In this document: positions 12,750 to 26,480 of the stretch, in pieces
How positions within the stretch are numbered: the first letter of the stretch is position 1
Layout: every line of letters starts with the position of its first letter
NCBI GenBank assembly: GCA_002269645.1
Contig: NIVC01003396.1
Span: 2,419-66,418, forward strand
From: Macrostomum lignano
Lineage: Eukaryota
Direction of reading: 5' to 3'
Length of the DNA: 64,000 bases
Notes under the pieces: model-generated
What the model was told of the DNA's origin: nothing
The model's input: the letters and a program-made list of their open reading frames with translations, nothing else
Database searches by the model: none
Translations under genes and position numbers: made by a program

Positions 12750-13640
12750 AGGGGCGCCCACCAAGAGACAGGGATCCCTGTCACCAAGAGCCAATGGCTC
12801 CAGCCAGGAGACAGGGGCGCTCACTAAGAGTCAGGGGCGACCACCAAGAGTCAGGGGCGCCCACCAAGAGTCAGGGGCGCCCACCAAGAGACAGGGGTGC
12901 CCACCAAGAGACAGGGGCGCCCACCAAGAGACAGGGGCGCTCACTAAGAGACAGGGGCGCCCACCAAGAGACAGGGACGCCCACCAAGAGACAGGGGCGC
13001 CCACCAAGAGACAGGGGCGCCCACCAAGAGACAGGGATCCCTGTCACCAAGAGCCAATGGCTCCAACCAGGAGACAGGGGCGCTCACTAAGAGTCAGGGG
13101 CGCCCACCAAGAGTCAGGGGCGCCCACCAAGAGACAGGGGTGCCCACCAAGAGACAGGGGCGCCCACCAAGAGACAGGGGCGCCCACAAAGAGACAGGGG
13201 CGCCCACCAAGAGACAGGGGCGCCCACCAAGAGACAGGGGCGCCAACCAAGAGACAGGGGCGCCCACCAAGAGACAGGGGCGCCAACCAAGAGACAGGGG
13301 CGCCCACCAAGAGACAGGGGCGCTCACTAAGAGACAGGGGCGCCAACCAAGAGACAGGGGCGCTCACTAAGAGACAGGGGCGCCAACCAAGAGACAGGGG
13401 CGCCCACCAAGAGTCAGGGGCGCCCACCAAGAGTCAGGGGTGCCCACCAAGAGTCAGGGGCGCCCACCAAGAGACAGGGGCCCCACCAAGAGACAGGGGC
13501 GCTCACCAAGAGACAGGGGCGCCAACCAAGAGTCAGGGGCGCCCACCAAGAGTCAGGGGCGCCCACCAAGAGACAGGGGCGCTCACCAAGAGACAGGGGC
13601 GCCAACCAAGAGACAGGGACGCCCACCAAGAGACAGGCAC
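12750..13640. repeat. 20-bp minisatellite (CCAAGAGACAGGGGCGCCCA)n, reverse complement of the 25460 array family
   Basis: Tandem units visible; same consensus as 25460-26320 on the opposite strand. Confidence 0.95.
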
Positions 13641-13869
13641 AAACTTTCTTTGTTTAACTACGTCTGCATTCCAGAAAATTCCACATTAAATGTTGTATAA
13701 CTGCGAAATACAGTAGGGACCAATTGCCATAAATTTATCATAATTATATGCAATTGTTATGAGATTTCGTCGTTTCATCAACTATAAATTTGCGTATTTG
13801 CTGCGAAGCGAAAATGTTCAATTAAGTGTTTTATTAATATTTTTACTTACCAATTGCGTGTCACTGGAG

Positions 13870-15260
13870 ACTGACTCAGCGAGTGGGAATTCTCTGAGTG
13901 GAATTTCTCCGAGTGGGATTGCAGAGAGTGGGATTTCAGTAATTGGGATTTCAGTGAGTGGGATATCAGTGAGTGGGATATCAGTGAGTGGGATTTCACT
14001 GAGTCGGATATCAGTGAGTGGGATATCAGTGAGTGGGATATCAGTGAGTGGGATATCAGTGAGTGGGATATCAGTGAGTGGGATATCAGTGAGTGGGATT
14101 TCAGTGAGTGGGATATCAGTGAGTGGGATATCAGTGAGTGGGATTTCAGTGAGTGGGATATCAGTGAGTGGGATATCATTGAGTGGGATATCAATGAGTG
14201 GGATTTCAGTGAGTGGGATATCAGTGAGTGGGATTTCAGTGAGTGGGATATCAGTGAGTGGGATATCAGTGAGTGGGATATCAGTGAGTGGGATATCAGT
14301 GAGTGGGATATCTATATCTCTGAGTGGGATATCAGTGGGATTTCAGTGAGTGGGATATCAGTGAGTGGGATTTCAGTGAGTGGGATATCAGTGAGTGGGA
14401 TTTCAGTGAGTGGGATATCAGTGAGTGGGATATCAGTGAGTGGGATATCAGTGGGATTTCAGTGAGTGGGATATCAGTGAGTGGGATTTCAGTGAGTGGG
14501 ATATCAGTGAGTGGGATTTCAGTGAGTGGGATATCAGTGAGTGGGATATCAGTGAGTGGGATATCAGTGAGTGGGATATCAGTGAGTGGGATATCAGTGA
14601 GTGGGATATCAGTGAGTGGGATTTCAGTGAGTGGGATATCAGTGAGTGGGATTTCAGTGAGTGGGTTTTCAGTGAGTGGGATTTCAGTGAGTGGGATATC
14701 AGTGAGTGGGATTTCAGTGAGTGGGATATCAGTGAGTGGGATATCAGTGAGTGGGATTTCAGTGAGTGGGATTTCAGTGAGTGGGATATCAGTGAGTGGG
14801 ATATCAGTGAGTGGGATTTCACTGAGTCGGATATCAGTGAGTGGGATATCAGTGAGTGGGATATCAGTGAGTGGGATATCAGTGAGTGGGATATCAGTGA
14901 GTGGGATTTCAGTGAGTGGGATATCAGTGAGTGGGATTTCAGTGAGTGGGATTTCAGTGAGTGGGATTTCAGTGAGTGGGATATCAGTGAGTGGGATTTC
15001 AGTGAGTGGGATATCAGTGAGTGGGATATCAGTGAGTGGGATATCAGTGAGTGGGATTTCAGTGAGTGGGATATCTATATCTCTGAGTGGGATATCAGTG
15101 GGATTTCAGTGAGTGGGATTTCAGTGAGTGGGATATCAGTGAGTGGGATATCAGTGAGTGGGATATCAGTGAGTGGGATATCTATATCTCTGAGTGGGAT
15201 ATCAGTGGGATTTCAGTGAGTGGGGTTTCAATGATTGAGATTTCAGTGAGTGAGATCCTC
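13870..15260. repeat. 15-bp minisatellite (TCAGTGAGTGGGATA)n
   Basis: Direct tandem units. Confidence 0.97.
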
Positions 15261-15990
15261 TCTGGTCATTCTAGTTCCTCTCTGGTCATGCTAGTTCCTC
15301 TCTGGTCATTCTAGTTCCTCTATGGTCATTCTAGTTCCTCTCTGGTCATGCTAGTTCCTCTCTGGTCATTCTAGTTCCTCTCTGGTCATGCTAGTTCCTC
15401 TCTGGTCATGTTAGTTCCTTTCTGGTCATTCTAGTTCCTCTCTGGTCATTCTAGTTCCTCTCTGGTCATGCTAGTTCCTCTGTGGTCATTCTAGTTCCTC
15501 TCTGGTCATTCTAGTTCCTCTTTGGTCATGCTAGTTCCTCTCTGGTCATTCTAGTTCCTCTCTGGTCATGCTAGTTCCTCTGTGGTCATTCTAGTTCCTC
15601 TCTGGTCATTCTAGTTCCTCTTTGGTCATGCTAGTTCCTCTCTGGTCATGCTAGTTCCTCTCTGGTCATTCTAGTTCCTCTCTGGTCATTCTAGTTCCTC
15701 TCTGGTCATTCTAGTTCCTCTCTGGTCATGCTAGTTCCTCTCTGGTCATTCTAGTTCCTCTCTGGTCATTCTAGTTCCTCTCTGGTCATTATAGTTCCTC
15801 TCTGGTCATTCTAGTTCCTCTCTGGTCATGCTAGTTCCTCTCTGGTCATTCTAGTTCCTCTCTGGTCATGCTAGTTCCTCTCTGGTCATGCTAGTTTCTC
15901 TCTGGTCATGCTAGTTCCTCTCTGGTCATGTTAGTTCCCCTCTGGTCATGCTAGTTCCTCTCTGGTCATGCTATTACCTCTCCTGGTCAT
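15260..15990. repeat. 20-bp minisatellite (TCTCTGGTCATTCTAGTTCC)n
   Basis: Directly abuts the previous array. Confidence 0.97.
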
Positions 15991-16424
15991 GCAGAGATAG
16001 CAGAGATGAAGTCATCAACGAACATGTAGTAATATGTAATCCAAAGCAGAAAGCAAGATGCAGCACAGCCCATAAATCAAAAAACTGCATAAAGTACAAC
16101 AACTGCATTTATGCAGAACGAAATAATGGCCCTCTTGTTTGTTTTGTGTAGTTTTTTCTGCGGCCGCGGCAAAAGCAGTGCAGGAAATTAACGAGTTGTT
16201 TTTCTGCCAGAAAGCGATCAAGGGAGCCGGCACTCATGCATGGCCTTTCCTGCCCGAGTCCAATCAGATCGGCTTATTGCTATCCGGGCGGGTCGTTGCT
16301 GCGAGGTGCTTCAGAAACTGGAGAACTGCTTTTAGAACTTAGAGAATGCGAGCAAACAGGGATGGAAAAAGACGTCAAATCGATCGCTTGTTGCTTTGCT
16401 ATTGCCTGCTTTGCGAAAGAAGAT

Positions 16425-17360
<936 letters not shown>

Positions 17361-17599
17361 GTCAGTCAGGGGTGCAAATGGTTACCCTCTGATTGTGCAA
17401 ATGGCGCAATTGAGAGGCCATGAGAGTGAAATAACTTTCTCAAGAAAAGTTTGCACTAACTCAATGCTTTTATTCTGCATTGTCGGAACATTTTCTTGCG
17501 AATAAAGTGTCATAAATCAATGGTTGCCTTTCTTAGAAAAGCAAAGTAGCGAAAGATTTCTACTAAGCACAATAAATTTTTGTATCAAAAAATTACTAA

Positions 17600-17695
17600 C
17601 CGGGACAGAGGGTGAGACGCGGACAGAGGGTGAAACACGGACAGAGGGTGAGACGCGGACACAGGGTGAGACTGGGACACAGGGTGAGACAGTGT
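17600..17695. repeat. 18-bp repeat (GGACAGAGGGTGAGACGC)n
   Basis: About 5 units. Confidence 0.8.
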
Positions 17696-18309
17696 CAGTG
17701 GAGCATAGCCGACTGAGATGAGAGGTTACAATTGAGTGAAATGCTGGGGTTTACTATCAGATACAAATAAGCCAGAGTCAGAAGCCAATATAACTAACAG
17801 TGTTATCCATCAGCCATCGATCAAGTTTAGGGTGAGTCACCATGCTCACGATGAGAGATAATGAACCGGTGCCTACTTTTGACCGTTTGGCTTTTTATCA
17901 ATTCCGAGCACGGATAGAAAATCTTAGCTAGTTGTATTCCTCAAAATCAAGGATCCAGAGACCCAATCAGAGTGCCGGGCGAACTCTCTCTCCCCCCGCT
18001 CTCTCATTCCTAAACCGTATGACGCAATCGCTGTAGAGCTTTTGGGATGCAAATTACTCAATTAAATTAACCAAGATTCTCCCATATATACATTTATATA
18101 CTTACTGCTTATTACTGGGTTATTCATCTATTCATACTTGAGCAGTGGAGTTCTGCTCTTGAGGAGTTCCGATGGTCGCATGACTGACAGATTAAGGGGA
18201 TTAGGCTAATCTGTGGCTAATCTGTGGGAGTGGATTGCAGTGTCGAGACTTGAATCGGTGATGCTTAAACTTGTAAATTCCGTGCAGCTGTTGAAGTCTG
18301 CTGTATGGG

Positions 18310-18780
18310 GAGAGAGGGAGATTGAGAGAAGGAGAGTGAGAGAGGGAGAGTGAGAGAAGGAGAGTGAGAGAGGGAGAGTGAGAGAGGGAGAGTGAGAGAG
18401 GGAGAGTGAGAGAGGGAGAGTGAGAGAGGGAGAGTGAGAGAAGGAGAGTGAGAGAGGGAGAGTGAGAGAAGGAGAGTGAGAGAAGGAGAGTGAGAGAAGG
18501 AGAGTGAGAGAAGGAGAAGGAGAGAAGGAGAGTGAGAAGGAGAGTGAGAGAAGGAGAGTGAGAGAAGGAGAGGGAGAGAAGAAGAGTGAGAGAAGGAGAG
18601 TGAGAGAAGGAGAGTGAGAGAAGGAGAAGGAGAGAAGGAGAGTGTGAGAAGGAGAGTGAGAGAAGGAGAGTGAGAGAAGGAGAGTGAGAGAAGGAGAGTC
18701 AGAGAAGGAGAGTGAGAAGGAGAGTGAGAGAAGGAGAGAGAGAAGAAGAGTGAGACAAGTAGAGTGAGAGGAGAGTGAGA
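18310..18780. repeat. Purine-rich 14-bp repeat (GAGAGAAGGAGAGT)n
   Basis: Nearly all-purine strand. Confidence 0.95.
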
Positions 18781-19204
18781 GAAATGAAGAAAGAGACAAC
18801 TGACAAAAAGTGATATATTGCCCAACCAATTTCAATAGAAATAACACACGAGTATAGTTACTCGTACTATCACAGAAAGTGAGAATGAAGTGATAGTCAG
18901 ATTTTAAGCGTGAATCATGATTCAGAGTAGAGCAAAAATGGAATTTTCCATGACAGCAACAGCAGCAGCGGGAGAGCAGCAGGATTGCAGGCCTTGATCC
19001 AGTCTAGTCCAGCACAGCATTCAGTTTCTGCTTCAACGCTTTTCTGGAATCCCTTCACACCCAGGCTGTTGGGATTTTTAGTGCCTCACCCATTGATTTG
19101 ATTGGCAGTCTCTATTCTATCTTCATCTAACTCGATGCAAGAATTACATCGCAGCTGTGCTACTTGAGGCTTTAATGTGGATTTTGAAGAAAATCATAAA
19201 AAAT

Positions 19205-19500
19205 TATTGAGTAGGGATAGGGAGAGAGGTAGAGTAGGGATAAGGAGAGAGGTAGAGTAGGGATAAGGAGAGAGGTAGAGTAGGGATAAGTAGAGAGGTA
19301 GAGTAGGGATAAGGAGAGAGGTAGAGTATGGATAGGGAGAGATGTAGAGTAGGGATAGGGAGAGAGGTAGAGTAGGGATAGGGAAAGAGGTAGAGTAGGG
19401 ATAAGGAGAGAGGTAGAGTAGGGATAAGGACAGAGGTAGAGTAGGGATAGGGAGAGAGGTAGAGTAGGGATAGGGAGAGGTAGAGTATGGAGAGGGAGAG
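19205..19500. repeat. ~24-bp purine-rich repeat (GAGAGGTAGAGTAGGGATAGGG)n
   Basis: Direct tandem units. Confidence 0.92.
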
Positions 19501-19829
19501 AGGGAGAACCATGGTTGGAGGACCAAGTGCAGAGGGTTCCAACAAAGGATTGACCTAACTGGAGTTTAGATGCCATTCAGTAGAAACCCTAAAGCAGCTG
19601 TCGCAACTTATTGACTATCTGACAGTTCATTTTTATCAAAGACACGCGCGCTTCAATAAAGTTGGCGCTAAAACTAATCTGCCATTTTCACGCCACAGCT
19701 TCTACATCAACGCTTGCGTGCAAATATTCGAAAACTGCATGATTTTAATGTTTTAATGCAACTGTTCTCATGAATTTATTAAAGCTGTCTTTTATTGTCT
19801 CGTTTCACTGTTGCTTTCCAGATAGCTGC

Positions 19830-20935
19830 TATCCGGATAGCTAGATGCTTTTTCCGGTCCTGTAAGCTACTGTTTCCGGTCCAGTTAGCTACTGTTTCCG
19901 GTCCTGTAAGCTACTGTTTCCGGTCCTGTTAGCTAATGTTTCCGGTCCTGTTAGCTACTGTTTCCGATCCAGTTAGCTACTGTATCCGGTCCAGTTAGCT
20001 ACTGTATCCGGTCCAGTTAGCTACTGTTTCCGGTCCTGTTAGCTACTGTTTCCGGTCCTGTTAGCTGCTGTTTCCGGTCCAGTTAGCTGCTGTTTCCGGT
20101 CCAGTTAGCTACTGTTTCCGGTCCAGTTAGCTGCTGTTTCCGGTCCAGTTAGCTACTGTTTCCGGTCCAGTTAGCTGCTGTTTCCGGTCTAGTTATGAGT
20201 TAGCTACTGTTTCCGGTCCTGTTAGCTACTGTTTCCGGTCCAGTTAGCTACTGTTTCCGGTCCAGTTAGCTACTGTTTCCGGTCCAGTTAGCTGCTGTTT
20301 CCGGTCCAGTTAGCTACTGTTTCCGGTCCAGTTAGCTGCTGTTTCCGGTCTAGTTATGAGTTAGCTACTGTTTCCGGTCCTGTTAGCTACTGTTTCCGGT
20401 CCAGTTAGCAACTGTTTCCGGTCCAGTTAGCTACTGTTTCCGGTCAAGTTAGCTACTGTTTCCGGTCTAGTTAGCTACTGTTTCCGGTCCAGTTAGCTAC
20501 TGTTTCCGGTCCAGTTAGCTACTGTTTCCGATCCAGTTAGCTACTGTTTCCGGTCCTGTTAGCTACTGTTTCCGGTCCAGTTAGCTACTGTTTCCGGTCC
20601 AGTTAGCTACTGTTTCCGGTCCAGTTAGCTACTGTTTCCGGTCCAGTTAGCTACTGTTTCCGGTCTAGTTAGCTACTGTTTCCGGTCCAGTTAGCTAATG
20701 TTTCCGGTCTAGTTAGCTACTGTTTCCGGTCCAGTTAGCTACTGTTTCCGGTCCAGTTAGCTACTGTTTCCGGTCTAGTTAGCTACTGTTTCCGGTCTAG
20801 TTAGCTACTGTTTCCGGTCCAGTTAGCTACTGTTTCCGGTCCAGTTAGCTACTGTTTCCGGTCCAGTTAGCTACTGTTTCCGGTCATGTTAGCTACTGTT
20901 TCCGATCCAGTTGGCTACTGTTTCCGGTCCTGTAA
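19830..20935. repeat. 22-bp minisatellite (TGTTTCCGGTCCAGTTAGCTAC)n
   Basis: About 50 units. Confidence 0.97.
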
Positions 20936-21484
20936 GCTACATTCAGAAGTCTATTATTAGTTCAGTTATCTGCACCCAGGCTAAAGGTTTTATTGCATCG
21001 AATTCCTTGAAGTTTGCAATTCAAAGCAGTCTGCTGCACGCATTCGTATCTGCATCAAGCTTAACAAGTCAATCCTAAGTCATGTATTTTTTTTACAAAG
21101 CCTCTTGTCCGCAGTCAACGTTTCAAGCTCCGCAAGTTTTTGTAACCATAAAACGTACTGCCGCGTTCGTTTCGTGCAGTGCTGAACCGTTTTCAAAGAT
21201 CCGTGATTGCTGGAGAATATTCTGGCAAGAATATACTGGGGATCCGAACTCCACGGTTTGCCTGTCAGCTGTGCTAGCGGCGTTACTACCCAGACTGGTC
21301 GGGACTTAGACAAAAGCAGCTGTTGCCGGGTTGAATGTCTAGCATTTCTGTTGCCTGACCATCCAAGTCTTTCCTCGCTACGTGCGTGTTTCAGTCCCTG
21401 CAGTTCTGTTGTCTTCACAGACGGCCGACTGCCATGGAAGAGATTTATGGAAACGGGGAACCAGCAAAGAGAGAACTTTGGGTT

Positions 21485-24400
21485 TCGAGATGTCAGTAGC
21501 TGGGGCGTCATAGATGCCAGTAGCTGGGGTGTCAGAGATGTCAGTAGCTGCTGTGTCAGAAAAGTCAGTAGCTGGGGTGTCAGAGAGATGTCAGTAGCTG
21601 GGGTGTCAGAGATGCCAGTAGCTGCTGTGTCAGAAAAGTCAGTAGCTGGGGTGTCAGAGATGTCAGTAGCTGGGGTGTCAGAGATGTCAGTAGCTGCTGT
21701 GTCAGAAAAGTCAGTAGCTGGGGTGTCAGAGATGTCAGTAGCTGGGGTGTCAGAGATGCCAGTAGCTGCTGTGTCAGAAAAGTCAGTAGCTGGGGTGTCA
21801 GAGATGTCAGTAGCTGGGGTGTCAGAGATGTCAGTAGCTGGGGTGTCAGAGATGTCAGTAGCTGGGGTGTCAGAGATGTCAGTAGCTGGGGTGTCATAGA
21901 TGCCAGTAGCTGGGGTGTCAGAGATGTCAGTAGCTGGGGTGTCAGAGATGTCAGTAGCTGGGGTGTCAGAGATGTCAGTAGCTGGGGTGTCAGAGAGATG
22001 TCAGTAGCTGGGGTGTCAGAGATGTCAGTAGCTGGGGTGTCAGAGATGTCAGTAGCTGGGGTTTTCGGAGATGTCAGTAGCTGGGGTGTCAGAGATGAAA
22101 GTAGCTGGGGTGTCATAGATGCCAGTAGCTGGGGTGTCAGAGATGTCAGTAGCTGGGGTGTCAGAGATGTCAGTAGCTCGGGTGTCAGAGATGTCAGTAG
22201 CTGGGGTGTCAGAGATGTCAGTAGCTGGGGTGTCAGAGATGTCAGTAGCTGGGGTGTCAGAGATGCCAGTAGCTGGGGTGTCAGAGATGCCAGTAGCTGC
22301 TGTGTCAAAAAAGTCAGTAGCTGGGGTGTCAGAGAGATGTCAGTAGCTGGGGTGTCAGAGATGTCAGTAAGCTGGGGTGTCAGAGATGCCAGTAGCTGAG
22401 GTGTCAGAGATGTCAGTAAGCTGGGGTGTCAGAGATGTCAGTATCTGGGGTGTCAGAGATGTCAGTAGCTGGGGTGTCAGAGATGTCAGTAGCTGGGATG
22501 CCAGAGATGTCAGTAGCTGGGGTGTCAGAGATGTCTGACACTCAGTAGCTGGGGTGTCAGAGATGCCAGTAGCTGGGTGTCAGAGATGTCAGTAGCTGGG
22601 GTGTCAGAGATGTCAGTAGCTGGGATGCCAGAGATGTCAGTAGCTGGGGTGTCAGAGATGTCAGTAGCTGGTTTGTCAGAGATGCCAGTAGCTGCTGTGT
22701 CAGAGATGTCAGTAGCTGGGGTGTCAGAGATGTCAGTAGCTGGGGTGTCAGAGATGCCAGTAGCTGGTGTGTCAGAGATGTCAGTAGCTGGGGTGTCAGA
22801 GATGTCAGTAGCTGGGGCGTCAGAGAGATGTCAGTAGCTGGGGTGTCAGAGATGTCAGTAGCTGCTGTGTCAGAAAAGTCAGTATCTGGGGTGTCAGAGA
22901 TGTCAGTAGCTGGGGTGTCAGAGATGCCAGTAGCTGGGGTGTCAGAGATGCCAGTAGCTGGGGTGTCAGAGATGTCAGTAGCTGAGGTAGCAGAGATGTC
23001 AGCAGCTGGGGTGTCAGAGATGCCAGTAGCTGGGGTGTCAGAGATGTCAGTAGCTGCTGTGTCAAAAAAGTCAGTAGCTGGGGTGTCAGAGAGATGTCAG
23101 TAGCTGGGGTGTCAGAGATGTCAGTAGCTGGGGTGTCAGAGATGTCAGTAGCTGCTGTGTCAGAGATGCCAGTAGCTGGGGTGTCAGAGATGTCAGTAGC
23201 TGGGGTGTCAGAGATGTCAGTAGCTAGGGTGTCATAGATGCCAGTAGCTGGGGTGTCAGAGATGTCAGTAGCTCGGGTGTCAGAGATGTCAGTAGCTGGG
23301 GTGTCATAGATGCCAGTAGCTGAGGTGTCAGAGATGTCAGTAGCTGCTGTGTCAGAGATGTCAGTAGCTGGGGTGTCAGAGATGTCAGTAGCTGCTGTGT
23401 CAGAGATGTCAGTAGCTGGGGTGTCAGAGATGCCAGTAGCTGGGGTGTCATAGATGCCAGTAGCTGGGGTGTCAGAGATGTCAGTAGCTGGGGTGTCAGA
23501 GATGCCAGTAGCTGGGTGTCAGAGATGTCAGTAGCTGGGGTGTCAGAGATGTCAGTAGCTGAGGTGTCAGAGATGTCAGTAGCTGCTGTGTCAGAGATGT
23601 CAGTAGCTGGGGTGTCAGAGATGCCAGTAGCTGGGGTGTCAGAGATGTCAGTAGCTGCTGTGTCAGAGATGTCAGTAGCTGGGGTGTCAGAGATGTCAGT
23701 AGCTGGGGTGTCAGAGATGCCAGTAGCTGCTGTGTCAGAAAAGTCAGTAGCTGGGGTGTCAGAGATGTCAGTAGCTGGGGTGTCAGAGATGTCAGTAGCT
23801 GGGGTGTCAGAGATGTCAGTAGCTGGGGTGTCAGAGATGTCAGTAGCTGGGATGCCAGAGATGTCAGTAGCTGGGGTGTCAGAGATGTCAGTAGCTGGTT
23901 TGTCAGAGATGCCAGTAGCTGCTGTGTCAGAGATGTCAGTAGCTGGGGTGTCAGAGATGTCAGTAGCTGGGGTGTCAGAGATGTCAGTAGCTGGTGTGTC
24001 AGAGATGTCAGTAGCTGGGGTGTCAGAGATGTCAGTAGCTGGGGTGTCAGAGAGATGTCAGTAGCTGGGGTGTCAGAGATGTCAGTAAGCTGGGGTGTCA
24101 GAGATGCCAGTAGCTGAGGTGTCAGAGATGTCAGTAGCTGGGGTGTCAGAGATGTCAGTAGCTGGGGTGTCAGAGATGCCTGTAGCTGCTGTGTCAGAGA
24201 TGCCAGTAGCTGGGGTGTCAGAGATGTCAGTAGCTGGGGTCAGTCAGAGATGTCAGTAGCTGGGGTGTCAGAGATGTCAGTAGCTGGGGTGTCAGAGAGA
24301 TGTCAGTAGCTGGGGTGTCAGAGATGTCAGTAGCTGGGGTGTCAGAGATGTCAGTAGCTGCTGTGTCAGAGATGCCAGTAGCTGGGGTGTCAGAGATGTC

Positions 24401-24735
24401 AGTAGCTGGGGTGTCAGAGATGTCAGTAGCTAAGGTGTCATAGATGCCAGTAGCTGGGGTGTCAGAGATGTCAGTAGCTGTGTTAGAGATGTCAGTAGCT
24501 GGGGTGTCAGAGATGCCAGTAGCTGGGGTGTCAGAAAATTCAGTAGCTGGGGTGTCAGAGATGTCAGTAGCTGGGGTGTCAGAGATGTCAGTAGCTGGGG
24601 TGTCAGAGATGTCAGTAGCTGGGGTGTCAGAGATGTCAGTAGCTGGGGTGTCAGAGATGTCAGTAGCTGGGGTGTCAGAGATGTCAGTAGCTGGGGTGTC
24701 AGATGTCAGTAGCTGGGGTGTCAGAGATGTCAGGG
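21485..24735. repeat. 24-bp satellite (GTCAGTAGCTGGGGTGTCAGAGAT)n, ~3.2 kb
   Basis: About 135 units with recurring variant blocks. Confidence 0.98.
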
Positions 24736-25396
24736 TGGCTAAAATTATTGTCTGCAATACTCCATAGTGTATACGTAATTCCGAGTCGTACGGCATGCGC
24801 ATACGATAGGAATTCACATTTTCCAAATGCACTTTTTTATCAGGCATTCCAAAATATCTGCTTGCAAGAAGCTCGATAAGATGGAATCATCGAGTTTCTG
24901 CGGTAATGATTTCTCTTCCAACAGGAAAAAATCCCAGGGCAGTCGAGCGGTCACATGCAGCTGGCTTGACGGGAGTTCGAATCCCTGAGGATTTTGGCGC
25001 CAGCAGAGTTGCCATGCAACTCAGACACAAAACAACTCTGTAAGGGAAAATATATATCTCTGTGGGATTCGATTCGGGAAGCTGGAGTTTGGCTCCCTCT
25101 CTCCCGGGAAAATTGGCCTCATCAACCATCGGCCGAGTCGGCAAAATAAAAGTAAAATATATTTCTTGAGGCTGCTCGAGCCTCTCAGAACTTGGACCGA
25201 CTGTTGCACTTTGACCTCAGCTTCTCGGTGCCGAGAGTGGGTGAGTGGAAGGGAGGTATTCGATCTGGAAACTGACTTCTCCTGGTGCTCTTATCTCTGC
25301 TTCATCCCAGCCCGCTTCTGGAGTCTGTGTGTTTGTGTGCCTGTCTGTCTGCCTGTCTGTCTGCCTCTCTGTCTGTCTGTCTCTTAGGGAGAGGTG

Positions 25397-26480
25397 CAGT
25401 GGCGTACGCACGCACTAATTTTAATTGGAGGGCGCTGCAGATAAGGAATATCAATTTTTAGTGTCTTGGTTGGCGCCCCTGTCTCTTGGTTGGCGCCCCT
25501 GTCTCTAGGTTGGTGCCCCTGTTTCTTGGTTGGCGCCCCTGTCTCTTGGTTGGCGCCCCTGTCTCTTGGTTGGCGCCCCTGTCTCTTGGTTGGCGCCCCT
25601 GTCTCTTGGTTGGCGCCCCTGTCTCTTGGTTGGCGCCCCTGTCTCTGGGTTGGCGCCCCTGTCTCTTGGTTGGCGCCCCTGTCTCTTGGTTGGCGCCCCT
25701 GTCTCTGGGTTGGTGCCCCTGTCTCTTGGTTGGCGCCCCTGTCTCTTGGTTGGCGCCCCTGTCTCTTGGTGGGTGCCCCTGTCTCTGGGTTGGCGCCCCT
25801 GTCTCTTGGTTGGCGCCCCTGTCTCTAGGTTGGTGCCCCTGTTTCTTGGTTGGCGCCCCTGTCTCTGGGTTGGTGCCCCTGTCTCTGGGTTGGCGCCCCT
25901 GTCTCTTGGTTGGTGCCCCTGTCTCTGGGTTGGCGCCCCTGTCTCTTGGTTGGCGCCCCTATCTCTTGGTTGGCGCCCCTGTCTCTGGGTTGGTGCCCCT
26001 GTCTCTGGGTTGGCGCCCCTGTCTCTTGGTTGGCGCCCCTGTCTCTGGGTTGGCGCCCCTGTCTCTTGGTTGGCGCCCCTGTCTCTTGGTTGGCGCCCCT
26101 GTCTCTGGGTTGGCGCCCCTGTCTCTTGGTTGGCGCCCCTGTCTCTTGGTTGGCGCCCCTGTCTCTTGGTTGGCGCCCCTGTTTTTGGGTTGGTGCCCCT
26201 GTCTTTTGGTGGGCGCCCCTGTCTCTTGATGGGCGCCCCTGTCTCTTGGTTGGTGCCCCTGTCTCTTAGTGGGCGCCCCTGTCTCTTGGTTGGCGCCCCT
26301 GTCTCTTGGTTGGCGCCCGGCTCTAGGCTCCCAGGCCGTAGATGCCACGTACAAATAGAGGTGGCAAAAGTTGAGCTTCTGTCATTCGTCAAGCTTGGCT
26401 GCCTCTTCATTTGGAGGAGCGCACTTTTTCTGGAGCCGATTGCGGGGGTCCGCCCCCCCCCCCTAAACTGCATGTATGAC
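25397..26480 (+). mobile_element. Putative non-autonomous DNA element (CAGTGGCGTACGCA terminus) carrying a 20-bp minisatellite (GGCGCCCCTGTCTCTTGGTT)n at ~25460-26320
   Basis: The left flank CAGTGGCGTACGCA..TTTTAATTGGAG..CTGCA..GAATAT is homologous to the flank at 57185-57246 (reverse strand) of a related array. A poly-C tract lies at the right end. No clear second TIR. Confidence 0.55.

Noticed and set aside
21080-21511. 143-aa - strand ORF and overlapping + ORFs in unique DNA before the 24-bp satellite
   Set aside because: No recognisable domain or convincing splice structure; partly runs into the repeat.
24935-24990. GTTCGAATCCC B-box with an upstream A-box-like stretch as a tRNA gene
   Set aside because: I could not build a cloverleaf or an acceptor stem; at most it is a decayed SINE head.
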